Shown here: one piece after another, positions 12,517 through 25,854 of the stretch | How positions within the stretch are numbered: the stretch's first letter is position 1 | Layout of the letters: every line of letters begins with the position of its first letter | Source of the DNA: Eledone cirrhosa | Taxonomy: Eukaryota | DNA length: 64,000 bases | Reading direction: 5' to 3' | NCBI GenBank assembly: GCA_964016885.1 | Contig: OZ024744.1 | Coordinates: 76,694,001 to 76,758,000 of the forward strand | Notes under the pieces: model-generated | What the model saw: only the letters and a program-made list of their open reading frames with translations | Databases searched by the model: none | Told to the model about the DNA's origin: nothing | Program-made: the position numbers and the translations under genes

Positions 12517-12779
12517 TACTACTACTCAGAATTCACCTCTAACTTACAATCCCTTATCCCCCTTTGAACTATTGACCACTCGATTAACAATACACTCAGT
12601 GTATACTTTTCAAAACACAACTTCCTTCTGTGAAGAAAAACAAGTAACAAGTTCTCATTCCGCCCAAACTTTCAGCAAGAAGGATGGAAGAAAATTTATT
12701 CAAACATTTGATTTTGATTTTAATTTTAAACCTTTCGTTTTTAACTCTTATCAACTCTTTTTAATTGTTTACACTCAAC

Positions 12780-12821
12780 ATTTGATAAGATGGATTTTAA
12801 TAACACATCGAAACCGGTAAT
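12780..12821 (+). ncRNA. Minimal hammerhead motif, U3-A8 variant (stem I weak)
   Basis: AT-TTGATAA-GATG(13-nt loop)CATC-GAAA-CCGG-TA-AT. Confidence 0.55.
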
Positions 12822-12980
12822 TCTTCATATACTTTATATACATCGTAAAAAAAAATTTTTTTTTAATTGTCTCTCTCATTTTTCAATAATATTATCTTTT
12901 CAATAATGTCACCTTGACGAATCAAAAAAGAAAAACAGACCCTTAAATATATTTCCCGTGGTATTTCCAACTTCATCTTT

Positions 12981-13037
<57 letters not shown>

Positions 13038-13100
13038 AGGGAGAAAGAGAGAGTAAGAGAGAGAGAGAGAGAAAGAGGAAGAGAGAAAGAGAGAGAGAGA

Positions 13101-13168
<68 letters not shown>

Positions 13169-13499
13169 GAAAGATCAGGATTTTACCAGTTTTAAACTAG
13201 TAAGATATATATATGTACCTATATTTGTACACACACATACACTCACACACATATATATATATATGTATATATATACATATATATGCATATATAATAGTAT
13301 ATAATAGTATATATGTATATGCTATTATTCAGCAGAGTACTCGATAGTAGGGATAGTAGAGGGTAAATATACAAGAGACTTGAGCCCCAATGGTTGAGCT
13401 CTTTCTGTTCCGACTCTTTTGTGTCTGGAATTTGCTGATGCAACGGCAAATGCTCTGCCATCGGATTCCGACTATCTAATATATATATATAGAGAGAGA

Positions 13500-14950
13500 G
13501 ACCTAAGAATGAACCAAATCCTCCAAACGCACAATATCATAAAGAGCAAGAGACAACCCAAATCAATAAAAAACATCCTTACACAGGCCAAAATCCAGCC
13601 GACCCCCCACAATGAACCCTACAGTAAAAGAAAATGCGGAAGGCCCAACTGTGGTATATGTATCAATCTAATAGAGGGACTGGAGTTCCACTTCAAACAA
13701 GGACAACACTTTATAGTTTAGTGCAATTTCACATGTGCATCAGAAAACCTGATCTATGTGTTGACCTGCTCAGGTTATCGAGAGCACTACATATGACAGA
13801 CCAAAAACAGCCTCCGACAACGTATGACCCTCCATAGATCCCAAATCAAAATACGGGAATACAGAAAGGTAGCACTAAGTGAACACATCGCGATCTGCGC
13901 ATCTAATGAACAACCCAATTTTAGAATGTTTCCATCTACAAATTCAAAGACAACGCTTGCTACACCCAGCGCATTAGCAAGGAATCATACTTTATCCCCA
14001 AATGTGAACTCCTTCTAAATTCATCCACTTAGGACGAAACCAAAGCTGGCTCACTTTAAAATTAACACCCTAGACAAATTAACTCTTTGGCAATGTATCC
14101 TCCTCCAAGATTCCAGCAACCTCCGACAACTATATAATGCAGACCAAAAAACGACATATTAACACCCACATCAGTTAGTCCTTGAGGACTTTCACAAAGA
14201 TAATCGGATAAATGGAAACATTCAGGTGTCAAACTAAATGCTTTACATTCCTCTGAATCTGGAAGCTTCTGCTGAAGATAGAATGGGTATTCTGGTAGCT
14301 CTGAACCCCTCTTTGTAGCAAAATAAATTTTCTCCATTCCCCTAAATCTAAAATTCCTATTAGGGATAGAATTAATATTTCAATAACTCTGAATCTTCTT
14401 TGTGGCAATAAAAACAAGGTCAATGTTGATGATTTCTTCTAAGAAAAAATACCAAAATAGATAGATTAGAAGCACCCCGCTCCCCCTCCCCGGTCAACTC
14501 TAAGGTCACCCAGCCTTTCAAACCAATTTCAGCCAAACCTTATACCCACTATTCAAAGGGTCCCACATAGCAGTCTGCAACCACAACAACCATCCCCTGC
14601 CTCCTTCCCCCTCCTTCTTCTTCTCCTCTCCCCTCCTGCTTCTACCCTCCCTAGTCACAACCAAGACATTAGCAGAGAAGGATGGACAAACGAATTAACT
14701 TTCTTCTCTAAAGGATCACGTATGTGAAAACTAACTTTTCTTCCCCTCTGTATATTTTTTTTGTTATTATCATTATTTTCACTATTTGTACAAATATGCA
14801 ACTTAACAATATTCTGCATATCCGCAATTGACAATGCATTTACTGCTGAAACCGGTATTGTAAATAAATTAATGCTTTGAAATTTCACTAAAAAAATCTC
14901 TTCAACATTTTCTACTGAAAAAATATTTTTCCTTTCTACTATTTGTTATA
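13500..14950 (+). mobile_element. Penelope-like element 3' remnant: disrupted GIY-YIG endonuclease plus a 3' region containing a hammerhead
   Basis: CGRPNCGIC...NFTCASENLIYVLTCSGYREHYI*QTKNSLRQRMTLHRSQI (13634-13850). Hammerhead motif at 14824-14861. Flanked by (TA)n. Confidence 0.85.
14824..14861 (+). ncRNA. Minimal hammerhead motif, U3-A8 variant
   Basis: GCAA-TTGACAA-t GCA tttac TGC t-GAAA-CCGG-TA-TTGT. Confidence 0.65.
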
Positions 14951-14961
14951 TATATATATAG

Positions 14962-15046
<85 letters not shown>

Positions 15047-15241
15047 AGGTAAAAAGCACGTAAGCTAATCTTGAGGAGAGAAAGGTGATTAGTTATGCAG
15101 ATTACTAGCCAGTATATAGAAGGTTAGTCTGCTCAATGTATATAGGTTGTTAGACTAGCGAGCCATGCGATTAGTTGGAAAGAGAGATAGCTTAACAATC
15201 TTATAAGAAGAGTAAGAAATCATATTTAAAATGCATTTGAA

Positions 15242-15311
<70 letters not shown>

Positions 15312-15512
15312 TTAGTTATACTATTTATGGTTATGTAAACACAAAACCTTAAGCAGTTGTAAGTATTTTACACACACCCTAAATAGTGGTAGGCAGTAAT
15401 GTATTACTACCTTATTACCAGTAAGTTAAGTAGCTCAATGTAAAAACATCAGATGATTTACAGAGCAGTTATATGAAATATAAGAATCAAAGAACTGTTC
15501 AAAACATTATTG

Positions 15513-15559
15513 TGCTTACAGCTGTTTCCTCCAAACCGAGGTTTGGATTCTTCGGAGCA
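15513..15559 (-). ncRNA. Minimal hammerhead motif, C4 variant (CCGAAGA)
   Basis: TGCT-CCGAAGA-a TCCAAAC ctcg GTTTGGA g-GAAA-CAGCTG-TA-AGCA. Confidence 0.65.
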
Positions 15560-15956
15560 ATTTATTAATGCATGGACAGTTATATGACCTCCTTTTCAGC
15601 CGAGAGACATACCAATACATATTCAAACATTGATACATATTCAAACATTGTGGGTCAACATTCATTACAGAATTTAGAGTGGCAGTACACACTTCGAGAT
15701 TACATTTATATTAATAGGTACAATCAAAAATCAAAGATATAGGTTAAAGTACAACATGAAGATAAGTGGTTATATAGTGCAAATGTTATATGTGTGGCAC
15801 GCATGTGCGTCTTGTTTATATAGTGTGGCAGAGAGATATGTGTGGTAGAGGCACTTAGGTAGGTAAATAAGAGTGTTAGGTTGGTAGATCTGGTGGCAAT
15901 ATATATATATAGTGACGAAACATAAGTCAATTGCATGAACTCATAATCCTTTATTT

Positions 15957-16012
15957 ACTGCTATATATATTTCGATGATAGCCATTGAATGGCTATGACC
16001 TCATGAAGCAGT
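15957..16012 (-). ncRNA. Decayed hammerhead motif (core TTCATGA)
   Basis: ACTGC-TTCATGA-ggtc ATAGCCAT tca ATGGCTAT catc-GAAA-TATATA-TA-GCAGT. Stems intact, core mutated. Confidence 0.5.
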
Positions 16013-17045
16013 TAGTCAGATATGCCAGTTCTGTGTTTATGGTGTTGATGGTATCAGAGCCTTGGGACATATGAGCTTGTTAGGAATAATTTAATGTTGT
16101 CAGCAGGAATAGTCTTAATTCTCATTGGTCAATATATATATTTGTTTGGGATATATTCACTTAACACACGCTGAGGAATCTGGGTGAATTGAATCCCAAA
16201 ACTGATTTTCTGGCGAAACATTCTCTCCGAGTTTTACGTGTGTGATATCTATATATATAAAGTTGTAGTTCCTGTCTGTTTGTTTGTTTATTTGTTCACG
16301 AACTCCTCCTATGGTTTTGGAGATAGACCCCCATAAGCATATATATTCTGAAACTACATTGCCTAGGGTACTTGGATAAGTATATTTCATTTTAATCAAA
16401 GGGTTCCCCGGGGGCACAAACACCCGCTGAAAACGTTTTCCCTTCGATTTATTTGAAATTTAAACCATAGGTAAATGACAAGATATGATGCCTATTTCAG
16501 CAAATTTCAATAATATTAAGACACCTTAATGGGGAGTATACCCCCTATAGTGAAAATTTTGGAAGCCCATAACTTGAGTATTGGAACTTAGAATTTCTAT
16601 TTTGAAAATAATGCTTTACACAAAAATGAAATGATCAAGTTTTGAATTGATATTTTGAAAAAAATTATTTACAAGAAACAAAATAAGAATAAGATTTAAT
16701 AATGTAATTTTGATTTGATATATTACAAAAAAATAATTGTTTCTATTTTTAGCACAAGGCCAGCAATACCCAGTACATTACTGGTACTTTATTTTACAAA
16801 AAAATAATGCTTTCCAATTTTTCATGCATTACATTTTACATTGAGTAATATTGAAATGCAAAGTTTTTCTCCATAAATTATATCACTGATTTAAAATCAA
16901 TCACCATTTTCTTACAGGTGGGTATTTCATTTTAATTTATATTTTTAATTATAATGTATCTGCCGCACCTTTCTTAGTTTTGTAGGTTCCATACGCTAGT
17001 GGCATTCCCTGTAACTTTATAAACACACTCTCTAGTGTGTTTTCT

Positions 17046-17091
<46 letters not shown>

Positions 17092-17168
17092 CGAAGGAAA
17101 TGTGGTAAGGAACCAGGTGGACCATAACGCACCAAAGTACTCAATACTTGAGGTAGTAGAGTGGGTAA

Positions 17169-17285
17169 TAGGAACCAGTAAGACCCCGACAGCTGAGCTC
17201 AAGCCGTTTCGACGGCTAATTCTGAGTCCAGAATTAGCCGTCGAAACGGCTTGAGCTCAGCTGTCGGGGTCTTACTGGTTCCTAT
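17169..17285. repeat. Palindrome (~57-bp arms, loop of a few nt) carrying two 3' halves of a hammerhead
   Basis: Right arm CCGTC-GAAA-CGGC ttgagctca GCTG-TC-GGGG is homologous to the 3' half of the motif at 17844-17936. Confidence 0.85.
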
Positions 17286-17363
17286 ATATATGTATATATA
17301 TATATATATATAAAAGTTAAGAATAAAATGGTTAACAAAACAAATAAGTGTATTTAATTATAG

Positions 17364-17464
17364 TCTTACAATTGTTTCCATGGTAGAATTGTCTATAAAT
17401 TGGTAAATACTGGAGATGTACAAATCAACTTACAATACATATAAATATACCATTTCATCGGAGA
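17364..17464 (-). ncRNA. Hammerhead motif, C4 variant with a long stem-II loop
   Basis: TCT-CCGATGA-a ATGGTA...TACCAT g-GAAA-CAATTG-TA-AGA. Confidence 0.55.
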
Positions 17465-17533
17465 TCCAAAGTAAATATAAATATATGCGTAACGGTAAAC
17501 TCAAAAATTCAAATTATTACGTTAATACAAGTG

Positions 17534-17599
<66 letters not shown>

Positions 17600-17843
17600 A
17601 ATGGCGAGCTGTGTTGTTGCAATTAAGTATAATGAAAATAAAAGTTATGGGCGAAAGAGAGGAGTATCCGTCATCAGTTGTCTACCAGGAATAATAGGTA
17701 TTTCTTCGCGTTAGAGACAATATATCTCAGCCTAGGGCGAAACAATAACTAAAATAAGTTATTGGGATAAAAGAAAGGAGGGGGAGAGAAAAACATGTAT
17801 ACAGACACGAAAGGTGAAGCAATATATATAGGAAAATGTTTAA

Positions 17844-17936
17844 TCCCGACGGCAGATCTCAAGCCGTTTCGACGGCTATTTCTGGACAACATTAGAATTT
17901 TTAGCGTGGTAATAAATAGCCGAACTTTTCAAGGGG
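17844..17936 (-). ncRNA. Hammerhead motif, U3-A8 variant with a complete stem III and GUC site
   Basis: CCC-TTGAAAA-g tt CGGCTATTT...AAATAGCCG t c-GAAA-CGGC ttgagatct GCCG-TC-GGG. Confidence 0.65.
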
Positions 17937-18184
17937 TAATTCCTTATATGGGAAGATTGTAGTTGTCAAAAGGATTGGTCAAAATTTCTTATAAACACAA
18001 TTAAATCTTTCATCCCGTTGGGTGGGATTTGTCTGAACTTGCCTGTAGTACAATGAGGGAGTGGGTGGAGCCGGTCAAGCGTTGAAAGTGAATTCTATAC
18101 AGCAAATTCTAAGGAGTGTATATGAAATTAGGGTAGCTAGAAAGCAGGCGAAAAAGTAATCTGAGAGTGGTTTAAAGATAGTGA

Positions 18185-18310
<126 letters not shown>

Positions 18311-18781
18311 GTTGTTTATATTGTTTACAATTGTGGAATATTATATACATGTGAATGAATGTATACAGTGTAACTCGTTGTTTGGCTTTAGTATAGGTAC
18401 ATAGTACACTTGTGTCATAAGTATATTACAAAATGAGATAGAGGTAGGATGGGCATCCAGTTTCCAAAAATGGTGCGGAACCATACTCATGCCACTATGG
18501 AAAAATGTATAGATGAATGATGGTGAATCTGATGATGATCATCATAAACCTCATCATCGTTATCAGCATCGTGAGGATCATAAAGATATGTGTTTCTTTA
18601 TGTGGGTGTGTTTGTGTGGGTGTATATGTGTGTGTATGGGCGGGTATGTGTATGAGTGTGTTTTTACACATTTATATATATATGCCAGCATAGGAAACGG
18701 ATGTAAGAAAATGATGCATACGTGTGTGTGGGTGAGTGTGACTATGTGCATGTGTGTATGTGCGTATGTGTGTGTATCTGT

Positions 18782-18842
<61 letters not shown>

Positions 18843-18847
<5 letters not shown>

Positions 18848-18855
18848 ATAATAAT

Positions 18856-18924
<69 letters not shown>

Positions 18925-19030
18925 AAGAAGAAGAAGAAGAAGAAGAAGAAGAAGAAGAAGAAGAAGAAGAAGAAGAAGAAGAAGAAGAAGAAGAAGAAGA
19001 AGAAGAAGAAGAAGAAGAAGAAGAAGAAGA
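18843..19030. repeat. (AAT)n-(AAG)n compound microsatellite
   Basis: Seen directly. Confidence 0.95.
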
Positions 19031-19042
19031 ATGATAATAATA

Positions 19043-19222
19043 ATAATTGTTTCTACTTTTGGCACAGGGCCATCAATTACCCAGTACATTACTGGTACTT
19101 TATTTTATCGACCCCGTAAGGATGAAAGGCAAAGTTAACCTCGACGGGATTCGAACTCAGACCGTTATAGGACGTAACTATGCTGGAAAGCATGACGTCC
19201 AACCCGCTACCGATACTGCCAA
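19043..19222 (-). mobile_element. tRNA-derived SINE, family 1
   Basis: Matches the family consensus; A and B boxes on the minus strand. Confidence 0.9.
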
Positions 19223-19244
19223 AATAATAATAACAATAGTAGTA

Positions 19245-19445
19245 ATAATAAATTTGAAGACTAAAATCCAAAGAGGGTTCGATAAGGATAAATATATATC
19301 AAATATATAAGAACCGTAGAGCAAATATTTATTAAAATAACAGATTAAAGTTTAAACAAAGAATGGCTTCTTTCACCCTTAACAGGATCTTGTGAAAGCA
19401 GCGATTCTTTACTTAAACTTTAATCTATTATTTTAATATATATTT
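19245..19445. repeat. Interspersed repeat with an internal inverted repeat (19325-19378/19392-19445); related copies at ~30128-30180 and ~57693-57810
   Basis: Shared GAAAGCAGCGATTCTTT...TTAAACTTTAATCT block. Confidence 0.7.
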
Positions 19446-19591
19446 ATATATATATAAAGAATAATATTAAGAACATCAGCATCTTTCTTAATGTTATTCT
19501 TATACTGAATCTCCATCGTAACTACAAACTACGAATGTAGAGAGCTTTCTCCTACTTGCTCCTATTTTTACCAAAACAATCTCTTCGGAAC

Positions 19592-19669
<78 letters not shown>

Positions 19670-19811
19670 CATATATATATATACATACATACATATATAT
19701 CATCATCACCATCGACATTATCAGCATTTTACATCCGCTTTCCCATCATACATATATATATATATATATAGACATAGATAGATATATGTAGATATATAAA
19801 TATGTGTATGT

Positions 19812-19885
<74 letters not shown>

Positions 19886-20011
19886 GCATATATATATATA
19901 TATGTTTGTGTGTACATACATACATACATACATACATACATACATACATACATACATACATACATACATACATACATACATACATACATACATACTTATA
20001 TACATACATAC

Positions 20012-20053
<42 letters not shown>

Positions 20054-20441
20054 GCACATCCTTATATCCTAAACAAATTACATCTATTCATTATTATTTC
20101 GTCTGAAATTCTGTAGTATTTCGTATTCTAAAAGATGAAGGGAGAAAAAATCTATAAAAATTCCTATGAATCGTGAAGCTGTTCAACTTTTAAACAGTGA
20201 GAGAAGAATTAATTAAATTAAGTGTAAAAATTTGCTAACCATTCTAAACCTTTACAATAGGTTCCTTTTGAGACAAGATCGAGGTGAAATACTTTTAAAA
20301 ACGTGTACGTACATATATATCATAGATATGATATATAAACACATACATACGCACACAGACATATAGTCACGTATATGTATGTAAGTATGTATTTCTACAT
20401 ATGTCTATATATTTATATGTATGTGTGCATGTGTGTGTCTG

Positions 20442-20472
<31 letters not shown>

Positions 20473-20812
20473 GCCTCTGTGTATGTGTGATTGCATATGT
20501 ATGTGTATTTTATGTGTTTGTGCATGTGTCTATATATTTATATGTGTGTATGCGCGTGTCTGTATATATATAAATATATATATGTATGAGCATGTTTGTA
20601 TATATATATGTGTGTGTTTGTGTGTGCGTATTTTCTGTTTATATATGGTTTCATAACTACATGCACATTCACACACTCCTATGTATACATACGTGATATA
20701 AACGCACACACACACATACACACATACACACACACACACGCGTAGAGAGAGAGAGATGGGGGAAGGGAGAAAGAAAGAGAGAGAAATGTGCACATATATA
20801 TCTATGTATGTA

Positions 20813-22107
20813 CGAGGTCTGTCGAAAATGTATCCAACCTTAGGCTGCTGACAAAATTCGTACTTGGTGTGGGTTAATTGTTAATCCCCTTCGAAGTTGT
20901 TCCCCTTCTGTCTCTACACCAGCCCAGTGATCCTTCCACTTCTAGAAGCATGCCTTGAATGCTTCTTCCAAAATGGCTCTCGGCTCCGCCATCTTAGCAC
21001 CCGTGATGTGCTCTAAGCCTCAAACCAAGAGCCTCCTTTCAATGGCATCTTTATTTTATCAGAACATCCAGAAGTAAGAAGGAGCCACTTATGGACAGTA
21101 GAGAGCCTGGTGACTGAGCGAAATGCTTTTCTTTACCAAGAAACCTTGGATCAACTTTGATGTGAAGAATGAGCCGGGTCGTTGTTATGAACCTGCTGCT
21201 AATTTTGTGAGGTCCACAAATCCGGTCTCTTGCATTAGACTGTCTTTTTTTTTTTAACAATAAACTTTGGATCAGCTGAGATTAATGAGCTGAGACCTTC
21301 TCATGAATCAGCTGCTAGCTTTGCAAAGTTTTCCACAGATCCAATCTTTAATTCCGGACTGTCTTTCTTTACCAAGAAACATCGGATCAGCTGTGATGTG
21401 AAAACTGAGCTGGGCCGTTGTCATGAATCAGCTGCCAGCTACGTGAGGTCCACTGATCCGATTTCTTGTATCAGACTGTCTTTTTTTACCAATAAACCTT
21501 GGATCAGCTGAGATGAATGAGCTGAGTCGTTGTCATAAATCAACTGCCAGCTTTTCGAGGTCCATAGCTCCGGTCTGTTACACCGGGCCGCATCACAAAG
21601 ACGTTAGAGGAGTACTTGATAGTACTCCTTTTGAACTGTTTGTCCTTCTGGTAGGTATTTGTAATCGCTAACGCTTCAATATTCGAAGAAAACATCATTT
21701 GGATCGAAGAAAAAAATCAACATCACCTGGATTATGTTCCATTTCTGGCGTGTTGTTTTTCTCTTTTTTTTTTGCAGGGTGATGGTAGCTGAGTGACATT
21801 GGATGCTTCTACTGTGATGATTGAGCTTTGGTTTCCATGCTGCATGTTACTTCCAGTTATCACAGTATTCAAGAACTCGAGATGCTTTTGGGGAGTATCG
21901 GACGAAATGAAAATGAAAATGCAATGAATATGTGGTACAGCATCTCACAAACAGGCAGCCTGACAGCAAACGATGCATCCAGTGAGCTTGCCAAAAAACA
22001 CGCATGCGCATGAATGTATGTGACTCCATCCTAGACACTTTTGCCTCCCTTACGTCATTACTCCCCACAAGAAAAAATAAAGTCGGATACTTTTTCGACA
22101 GTCCTAG
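20813..22107 (-). mobile_element. Mariner-family DNA transposon relic with TIRs and TA target duplication
   Basis: TA|CGAGGTCTGTCGAAAATGTATCCAAC ... GTCGGATACTTTTTCGACAGTCCTAG|TA. Minus strand has decayed transposase text (KWKDHW..EG at the C-terminus; an HDN/PY-like region tandemly repeated at 21120-21590). Confidence 0.8.
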
Positions 22108-22185
22108 TACAAACACACACACACGCACGCACACACACACACACACACATATATATACATACACACATATATGTGTGTATGCGTG

Positions 22186-22216
<31 letters not shown>

Positions 22217-22662
22217 ATGTGCACATACGCGCACGCACATACACACATACACACAGGTTGAAAACCTTTCAAAGAACTCGTTTATTTTTCAGATATTTGA
22301 AAATGATTTCATATAGTTGTTGTTGTGGTGGTGGTGGTGGGGGAGGGGCTTATTTTGTTGCTGTTCGTGTTGGTTGTGTCAGTGGTCGTGATAGTGGCGA
22401 TAGTGATGATGGTGGTGCAGGTGTGTGTGTTGGTAGTCTTTTAGCCTCGGGTCAACACTCAAAAGCATTCAATTCATGTCCATCCCGACTTTTCGCCAGA
22501 CAATGTATGTCGAGTTACCAAAAGAAGTACATAAAGCTTGGTTTGAAGTATATTTGATGGCTATTTCTCTCAGCTCGGGTGACCATGTAAGATTTCTTCT
22601 ATCTTTTATTCAATGGCTCGTAACTTCACACAGTTTTACTATTATTATTATTATTGTTATTT

Positions 22663-23075
22663 AAGGGTGGTGGATTGGCAGTATCGGTAGAGGGTCGGAC
22701 GCCATGCTTTGACGCATAGAGTTACGGCCCTTGCCACTCTGAGTTCAAATCCCGCCGAGGTTAACTTTGCCTTTCATCCTTACGGGGTCGATAAAATAAA
22801 GTACCAGTAATACACTGGGTAATTGCTGGCCTTGTGCCTAACGTAGAAACAAATATTATTATTGTTATTTAAGAGTGGTGGATTGGCAGTATCGGTAGAG
22901 GGTCGGACGCCATGCTTTGCAGCATAGAATTACGGCCCTTTACGTACTGAGTTAAAATTCCACCGAGGTTAGCTTTGCCTTTCATCCTTATGGAGTCGAT
23001 AAAATAAAGCACCAGTAATGTACTGGTGTCGATTTAATCAACTTTCCCTTTTTCTTCAAATTCTTGTCCGTCACT
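22663..23075 (+). mobile_element. Two tandem tRNA-derived SINEs, family 1 (22663-22856; 22871-23075)
   Basis: GGTGGATTGGCAGTATCGGTAGAG heads, B boxes and conserved tails. Confidence 0.9.
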
Positions 23076-23631
23076 CACTAGAGATGACTGAGGAAGGAAG
23101 GGGTGATAACGTCGACTGGGGAAGGAAGGGGTATCTAATACACACACATCTATGCGATGACTGAGGAAGGAAGGAAGGAAGGAAGGAAGGAAGGAAGGAA
23201 GGAAGGAAGGAAGGAAGGAAGGGAGAGAGAAACTATAGATATCCAGCGTTCTAAGATTCGTCACAGCTGTGTGTTTGTATGTTTCTATCGCTTGTGTGAG
23301 TGAGCACAAAGGAACCAACTAACCATCCAACAAACAAACAAACATCATTTTTATATTATGTATAGATATTACAATTAGCTGTCATTTTTTATGGCACAGG
23401 GTCAGCTCGTAATACTATATTCAACGAAAGATATTAAAATGGTCTTCAACTAAATTCTATTGCTGTCTTTGGATATATATTATATTCTTTTAGTGGAGTT
23501 CAAGAACAGGAATTGAATAACGTTTTGGGTTGTAATAAAATAACTATTGTGTCTAAATGACATTGAAAAGCCAAATCAAAAAGCAAAAAAAAAAATCATT
23601 GTTTTATTTTGTATTTATTTTTTATTTTATC

Positions 23632-23674
<43 letters not shown>

Positions 23675-24119
23675 TCTATATAACATTAAAGTGTTCTAAA
23701 GGTATTTCTTTGTGTTTATTTCGTTTTATGGGGTTGAGAGATGTGTTTATGATGAATAAATATGTGAATAACAACTAGCGGCAAACACCAAAGTATAATA
23801 AATTTATGATGCTATATAAAGCCTTACCATTGCCAATCCTTCCATGACGACCTTGCTCACACACACATATACACAATACATAACTAAAACTACATCCCAA
23901 TGATAAGCCAGCCTTTCTCTTCAGGGCTAGATAATATTTACTTTAGCTTTTTGATCGATCAATTATTAACCCTCTAAAAAAAAAACACAAAAAGATAAAC
24001 AAAACTTTATGGCTCTTCCAGCGCGTCTCCTTCACCATCCTCCGGGTAAACGAACGCCTTCTCTATTCTGTACCTCAGGGCCACTGGGTGGTCAGCGCGT
24101 GGTCCCCCATTTGCTCATA

Positions 24120-24750
24120 ATAATTGTTTCTACTTTTTGGCACCAGTTTATTACTGGTACTTTATTTTATAGACCCCGTAAGGATGAAAGGCAAAGTTAA
24201 CCTCGGCGGGATTTGAACTCAGATCATAAAGGGACGATACTCTGCTGGAAAGCATGTCTGACCCTCTACCGATACTGCCAATCCACTGCCCTTTTCTCAT
24301 AATAATGGTTTCTTATATAGGCACAAGGCCAGTAATTTGGGGAAGGGGAAAGTCGATTAAATCGACCCCAGTGCGTGACTGGTACTTTATTTTATCGACC
24401 CCATAAGGATGAAAGGCAAAGTTAACCTCGGCGGGATTTGAGCTTAGATCATAAAGAGCCGTAACTCTATGCTGCAAAGCATGGCGTCCGACCCTCTACC
24501 GATACTGCCAATCCACTGCCCTTTTCTCATAATAATGGTTTCTTATATAGACACAAGGTCAGCAATTCTGGGGAAGGGGAAAGTCGATTAAATTGACCCC
24601 ACTGCATTACTGGTACTTTATTTTATCGACCCGGTAAGGATGAAAGGCAAAACTAACCTCAGCGGGATTTTAACTCAGAATGTAAAAGGCCATAACTTTG
24701 TGCTGCAAACATGGTGGCCGACGCTCTACCGATTCTGCCAATCCCCCGCC
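24120..24750 (-). mobile_element. Three tandem tRNA-derived SINEs, family 1
   Basis: Units at ~24120-24292, ~24300-24521 and ~24530-24750, with a shared junction CTCATAATAAT. Confidence 0.9.
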
Positions 24751-25029
24751 CTCATTTGCTCATAATAATGAGTGTGAAGGTCAGTGGCAGTGGGAGTTTC
24801 GTTCCTTTGTGTTCAGACCTGGTGTTTATGCTTCAAGAAGTAGGTGTGCTTTGTATCTGCCGAACTATTCATATCTATCTGTCCTTCCAATATGAAGTAT
24901 CCAGGCCAGAACCCGATTTACATAAGAGCTAAGTGAGCTAATTAGGATAAAGAGGCTTCTGTCCAGGAGAGGAGGGCGGGGGCTCATAGTCAAGGGATCT
25001 ATATCCCTTTATTAAATATATATTAAAAT

Positions 25030-25632
25030 ATATATCACATTAAATTTAAGTGAAAAAAAAGTCTATGGGAGTATAAGTCAGACAGACCCCAACAAATTTT
25101 AGTCTATATGGTTTTATTCGTGGAAGAAGTAATTATTGGAAAAGAACAATATATGAAGAATTCTCGAATTCATCAGTGAAGTATTCTTCAACTCAAAGAG
25201 ACCATATTTATCATGAAATTCTACATACCAGTTGCCGATCCAGTATGCTGTATTAATTTATGGCTTATACTCCCATAAATATAAGATGGCGAATTGGCAG
25301 AGTCGTTAGAACGTCAGATAGAATGCTTTGCGGTATTCAATCCGACTCTCTGCTCTTTGAGTTCAAATTCTGCCGAGTTCAACTTTACCTTTCATCCTTT
25401 CGAGATCGAGAAAAAAAGTACCAGTCTAGTACTGAGGTAGATTCTTCCTCTCTCTCACTTTTTTCTGGAAGAAATCTGCTGCGCTCAGACCTGGAGATGG
25501 ATGGGCTCCGCCAGGCTTAAAATGCCCAAGAAACGCCGTATGTCAATACGGCGCAGCTTACGACTCTATCAGGTGTTATGGGACCACATACTCCCATAAA
25601 TAGAGATTTTTCACTTAAATTTAATATGTCAT
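25030..25632. mobile_element. MITE-like inverted-repeat element with a nested diverged SINE (~25283-25445, +)
   Basis: ATTAAATTTAAGTGAAAAA...TATGGGAGTAT (25039-25073) versus ATACTCCCATA...TTTTTCACTTAAATTTAAT (25588-25625). Confidence 0.55.
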
Positions 25633-25854
25633 ATTATTTTTCTGACTGATATTTTATCTATATATTTTATCCCTTCATTGAGATGTTCAAGTTTTAGAGA
25701 CTAATTAATATTTAATTATATTAAAATATATATCGATATTTATCATGGTTAAGATTAGAGTTAGGTTGAAACAAATGTAAAAAAAGAAACAATAATTAAC
25801 CATTAAACCCCATCTTTTTTGTTTACATTGTTTAACCAATTAAGATATATATTG

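Noticed and set aside
14174-14236. TTGAGGA...GAAACATTCAGGTGTC hammerhead-like motif
   Set aside because: Uncompensated U3.G8, mismatched stem I and no clear stem II.
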